From: an uncultured Candidatus Saccharibacteria bacterium
GTDB lineage: Bacteria > Patescibacteriota > Minisyncoccia > Phycocordibacterales > UBA2163
Assembly: GCA_964575575.1 (NCBI GenBank)
Contig: CAZNQQ010000005.1
Location: forward strand, 1-39,523
Reading direction: 5' to 3'
Length of the DNA stretch: 39,523 bases
The notes under the pieces are model-generated. The model worked only from the letters and a program-made list of their open reading frames with translations, was not told the origin of the DNA and searched no databases. Of the stretch, positions 37,553 to 39,523 are shown in pieces. Within the stretch, counting starts at the first letter, position 1; each line of letters starts with the position of its first letter. The translations under genes and the position numbers were made by a program.

Positions 37553-37576
37553 CAGTTCATTATAGCAGAAAAGATA

Positions 37577-37614
37577 AAAGGCTTGTATGTGACTACGAAA
37601 TACACACAAGCCTT
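37577..37614 (-). terminator. Hairpin after the small orphan ORF
   Basis: AAAGGCTTGTATGT-loop-ACACACAAGCCTTT. Confidence 0.6.
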
Positions 37615-37636
37615 TAATTTGTAAAATACCTATTTA

Positions 37637-37852
37637 TTATTTCTCAGTTGGTCGTTCAAGCTCTTCTGACATAATTTCTTTAATTGTACCCATTGATACT
37701 GAATCCTTAAAAGAGTCTCCGCGAATAGTTTTACCTATATCATTTGAAAGCTTTAAAGATTCAGTAGTGTCTGGATTCGAAACGCCGTCTTCTGCCGTCT
37801 TTTTAGCATTTTTTTCAGAAGCAGTATCTGTTTTATCTCCTGCCCAAACCAT
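37637..37852 (-). CDS. Small hypothetical protein
   Basis: 71 aa with a strong SD AAGGAGGT and a downstream hairpin. Confidence 0.6.
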   Translation of the reverse strand: MVWAGDKTDTASEKNAKKTAEDGVSNPDTTESLKLSNDIGKTIRGDSFKDSVSMGTIKEIMSEELERPTEK

Positions 37853-37957
37853 ACATAACCTCCTTCAATAAATTAGTATTATTTAAAATTCTCTTTATTT
37901 TTGAGAATACAACTATCTAAATAAATACTAACACATATTAAAGTGTCTGTAAATATG

Positions 37958-38041
37958 TGCCCAGGACTGGAGTCGAACCAGCACAGGATTGCTCCCACTA
38001 CCCCCTCAAGGTAGCGCGTCTACCAGTTTCGCCACCTGGGC
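37958..38041 (-). tRNA. tRNA-Leu(GAG), CCA not encoded
   Basis: GCCCAGGTGGCGAAACTGGTAGACGCG-CTACC TTGAGGG GGTAG-long variable arm-GGTTCGACTCC..CCTGGGCA. Confidence 0.96.
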
Positions 38042-38614
38042 TTATTTAGCTTCTTCTTTAGGTTCCTCTGGCTTTTCTTCTACCTTCTCTTCAACTTTTT
38101 CTTCTACTACCTCTTCTTTCTTTTCCTCTTTAGTTTCTTTTACCTCTGCTTCTTTAGCTTTTTCTTCCTCAGCTTTTTTGGCAGCCTCTTCGTCCGCTAC
38201 TTTTTTATTAGCTTCTTCTGTATCACTCACTGTCTGCATATCTACTATCATAGTATTTCTCATTTGTCGTCTTATTTCTTTCGCTGCTTTTTCACGAATA
38301 TGATAAAGTTTCGCTCTTCGCACCTTTGAACGTTTTACAATTTCTATTTTATCTATAATTGGAGAATATAGTGGGAAGATCTTCTCTACACCTACACCAC
38401 TTGCAACCTTTCTTACTGTGAAAGTTGCTCCAGCTTCGTTGCCATGTTTATGTGCAAGCACAAGTCCTTCAAATGCCTGAAGTCTTGTCTTGCCTTTTTC
38501 TTGGATCTTCTGCCACACACGCACAGTATCTCCAGCTCTTATGCCGAGTTTCTGCCTGCTCTCCATATTTACTGGAGAAACCTTTCTTATTGATGTAGCT
38601 TCTGTTGTAGCCAT
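38042..38614 (-). CDS. rplS: 50S ribosomal protein L19 with an acidic C-terminal tail
   Basis: [48 protein letters not shown]. Confidence 0.97.
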   Translation of the reverse strand: MATTEATSIRKVSPVNMESRQKLGIRAGDTVRVWQKIQEKGKTRLQAFEGLVLAHKHGNEAGATFTVRKVASGVGVEKIFPLYSPIIDKIEIVKRSKVRRAKLYHIREKAAKEIRRQMRNTMIVDMQTVSDTEEANKKVADEEAAKKAEEEKAKEAEVKETKEEKKEEVVEEKVEEKVEEKPEEPKEEAK

Positions 38615-38666
38615 AATGATAGACACTTTAACACAATGAACTCAAATTAGCAATAATTAGCCCTTT

Positions 38667-39386
38667 TTAAAGCGTTTCGACTGCTTTTTTAAAGTCTTCT
38701 GGTAAATCAGCCTCTATTATCGTCTTTTCACCATCTAGCATAGAAAGCGTAATAAGCCTTGCATGGAGCGCTAATCGCTCAAAACCAAGCGCACAGTCAC
38801 GCTTTGGGGCATATAGCTTGTCACATACTACTGGGTAATTTATTGCCTTTAGGTGCACCCTGATCTGGTGAGTCCTACCTGTTTTTGGTGACACTTCTAG
38901 ATATGAGAAATCTTTATTCTTATTTAATACTTTGTAGTCTGTTACAGCTTCACGCATCTCTCCACGCGCTCCTCGTTGTGCTGACCATCTTCTGAAATCA
39001 CTTTTGCTCTTTCCTATTGGTCTATCTATCGTTCCTTTCTCTCCGCCAGCTGGCGGATTGAGTGCACCATAGACAAATGCGTTGTAAGTTTTTTCTATTT
39101 CTCTTCCTTGAAATTGTTTTTTCAAATTCTCAAACGACTCCTGCGTCTTCGCAAGCACTATTACCCCTGAAGTCTCTCTGTCTAACCTATGTACTATCCC
39201 TGGACGTGCTATTTCTTTGCCATCGTACATTGCCGGTTCACCTACACTTTCCATCTCTGGATAATTTTCAACCACCCAGTCAGCCAAACTCGGTTCTTTG
39301 GTCTTGCCGTCAGAATGCACGACAAGACCAGCTGGTTTATCAACCGCTAATACTTCGTCGTTTTCAAATAGTATTGGAATTTCCAT
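38667..39386 (-). CDS. RluA/RluD-family pseudouridine synthase
   Basis: VDKPAGLVVH, GIVHRLDRETSG, TGRTHQIRVHL, LALHA. Confidence 0.96.
   Translation of the reverse strand: MEIPILFENDEVLAVDKPAGLVVHSDGKTKEPSLADWVVENYPEMESVGEPAMYDGKEIARPGIVHRLDRETSGVIVLAKTQESFENLKKQFQGREIEKTYNAFVYGALNPPAGGEKGTIDRPIGKSKSDFRRWSAQRGARGEMREAVTDYKVLNKNKDFSYLEVSPKTGRTHQIRVHLKAINYPVVCDKLYAPKRDCALGFERLALHARLITLSMLDGEKTIIEADLPEDFKKAVETL
39042..39059 (-). repeat. In-frame palindromic element (NPPAGG), copy 3
   Basis: TCCGCCAGCTGGCGGATT inside the RluA-family gene. Confidence 0.9.
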
Positions 39387-39389
39387 TTT

Positions 39390-39465
39390 TGGTGGGCGAT
39401 GAGGGATTTGAACCCCCGACCTTTTCGGTGTAAACGAACTGCTCTACCAACTGAGCTAATCGCCC
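39390..39465 (-). tRNA. tRNA-Val(UAC)
   Basis: GGGCGATTAGCTCAGTTGGTAGAGC-TTCG TTTACAC CGAA-...GGTTCAAATCC..TCGCCCACCA. Confidence 0.97.
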
Positions 39466-39523
39466 CTTATAAAAGCAAGTATATAGAAAAAATATAAATT
39501 ATCAACTTGTTTGCTCGTTGTGC

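Noticed and set aside
37989-38303. + strand ORFs 37989..38303 and 39062..39433
   Set aside because: Antisense to rplS/tRNA-Leu and to the RluA gene/tRNA-Val respectively.
39326-39335. ACCAGCTGGT short palindrome
   Set aside because: Encodes the conserved KPAG motif of RluA enzymes; too short to be significant.

Overview
AT-rich bacterial chromosome segment with the hallmarks of Patescibacteria/CPR (Parcubacteria-like; inferred from gene content and style, not a database match). The core is housekeeping: ftsK-recA, an ECF sigma factor, rpsF-ssb-rpsR, tatD, metG, glyQS, recO, ileS (with a histidine-phosphatase insert), argS, secE-nusG-rplK (no rplA), rplS, an RluA-family synthase, and tRNA-His, tRNA-Leu and tRNA-Val. 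Self-contained accessory cassettes are interleaved. Main observations: (1) a five-gene nucleotide-chemistry locus at 26.1-31.4 kb encoding a MazG-like protein, a ParB/Srx-like protein, a tandem cytidine deaminase, an 802-aa MtrA-like/DUF4346/divergent thymidylate-synthase fusion and a HAD phosphatase; (2) short GC-rich palindromic elements sitting in-frame inside unrelated proteins (NPPAGG three times, LPAGRQ once, and a 43-bp hairpin in ileS); (3) a PaaX/Cas2-like gene bracketed by inverted quasi-palindromic sites; (4) a four-helix-bundle/wHTH gene with a TGTCYTTTATA repeat array next to ftsK; (5) a pyrD-pyrC cassette; (6) tRNAs abutting ORFs, and apparently leaderless core genes. No CRISPR array, rRNA or recognisable transposase was seen. 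All domain calls are by-eye motif recognition.
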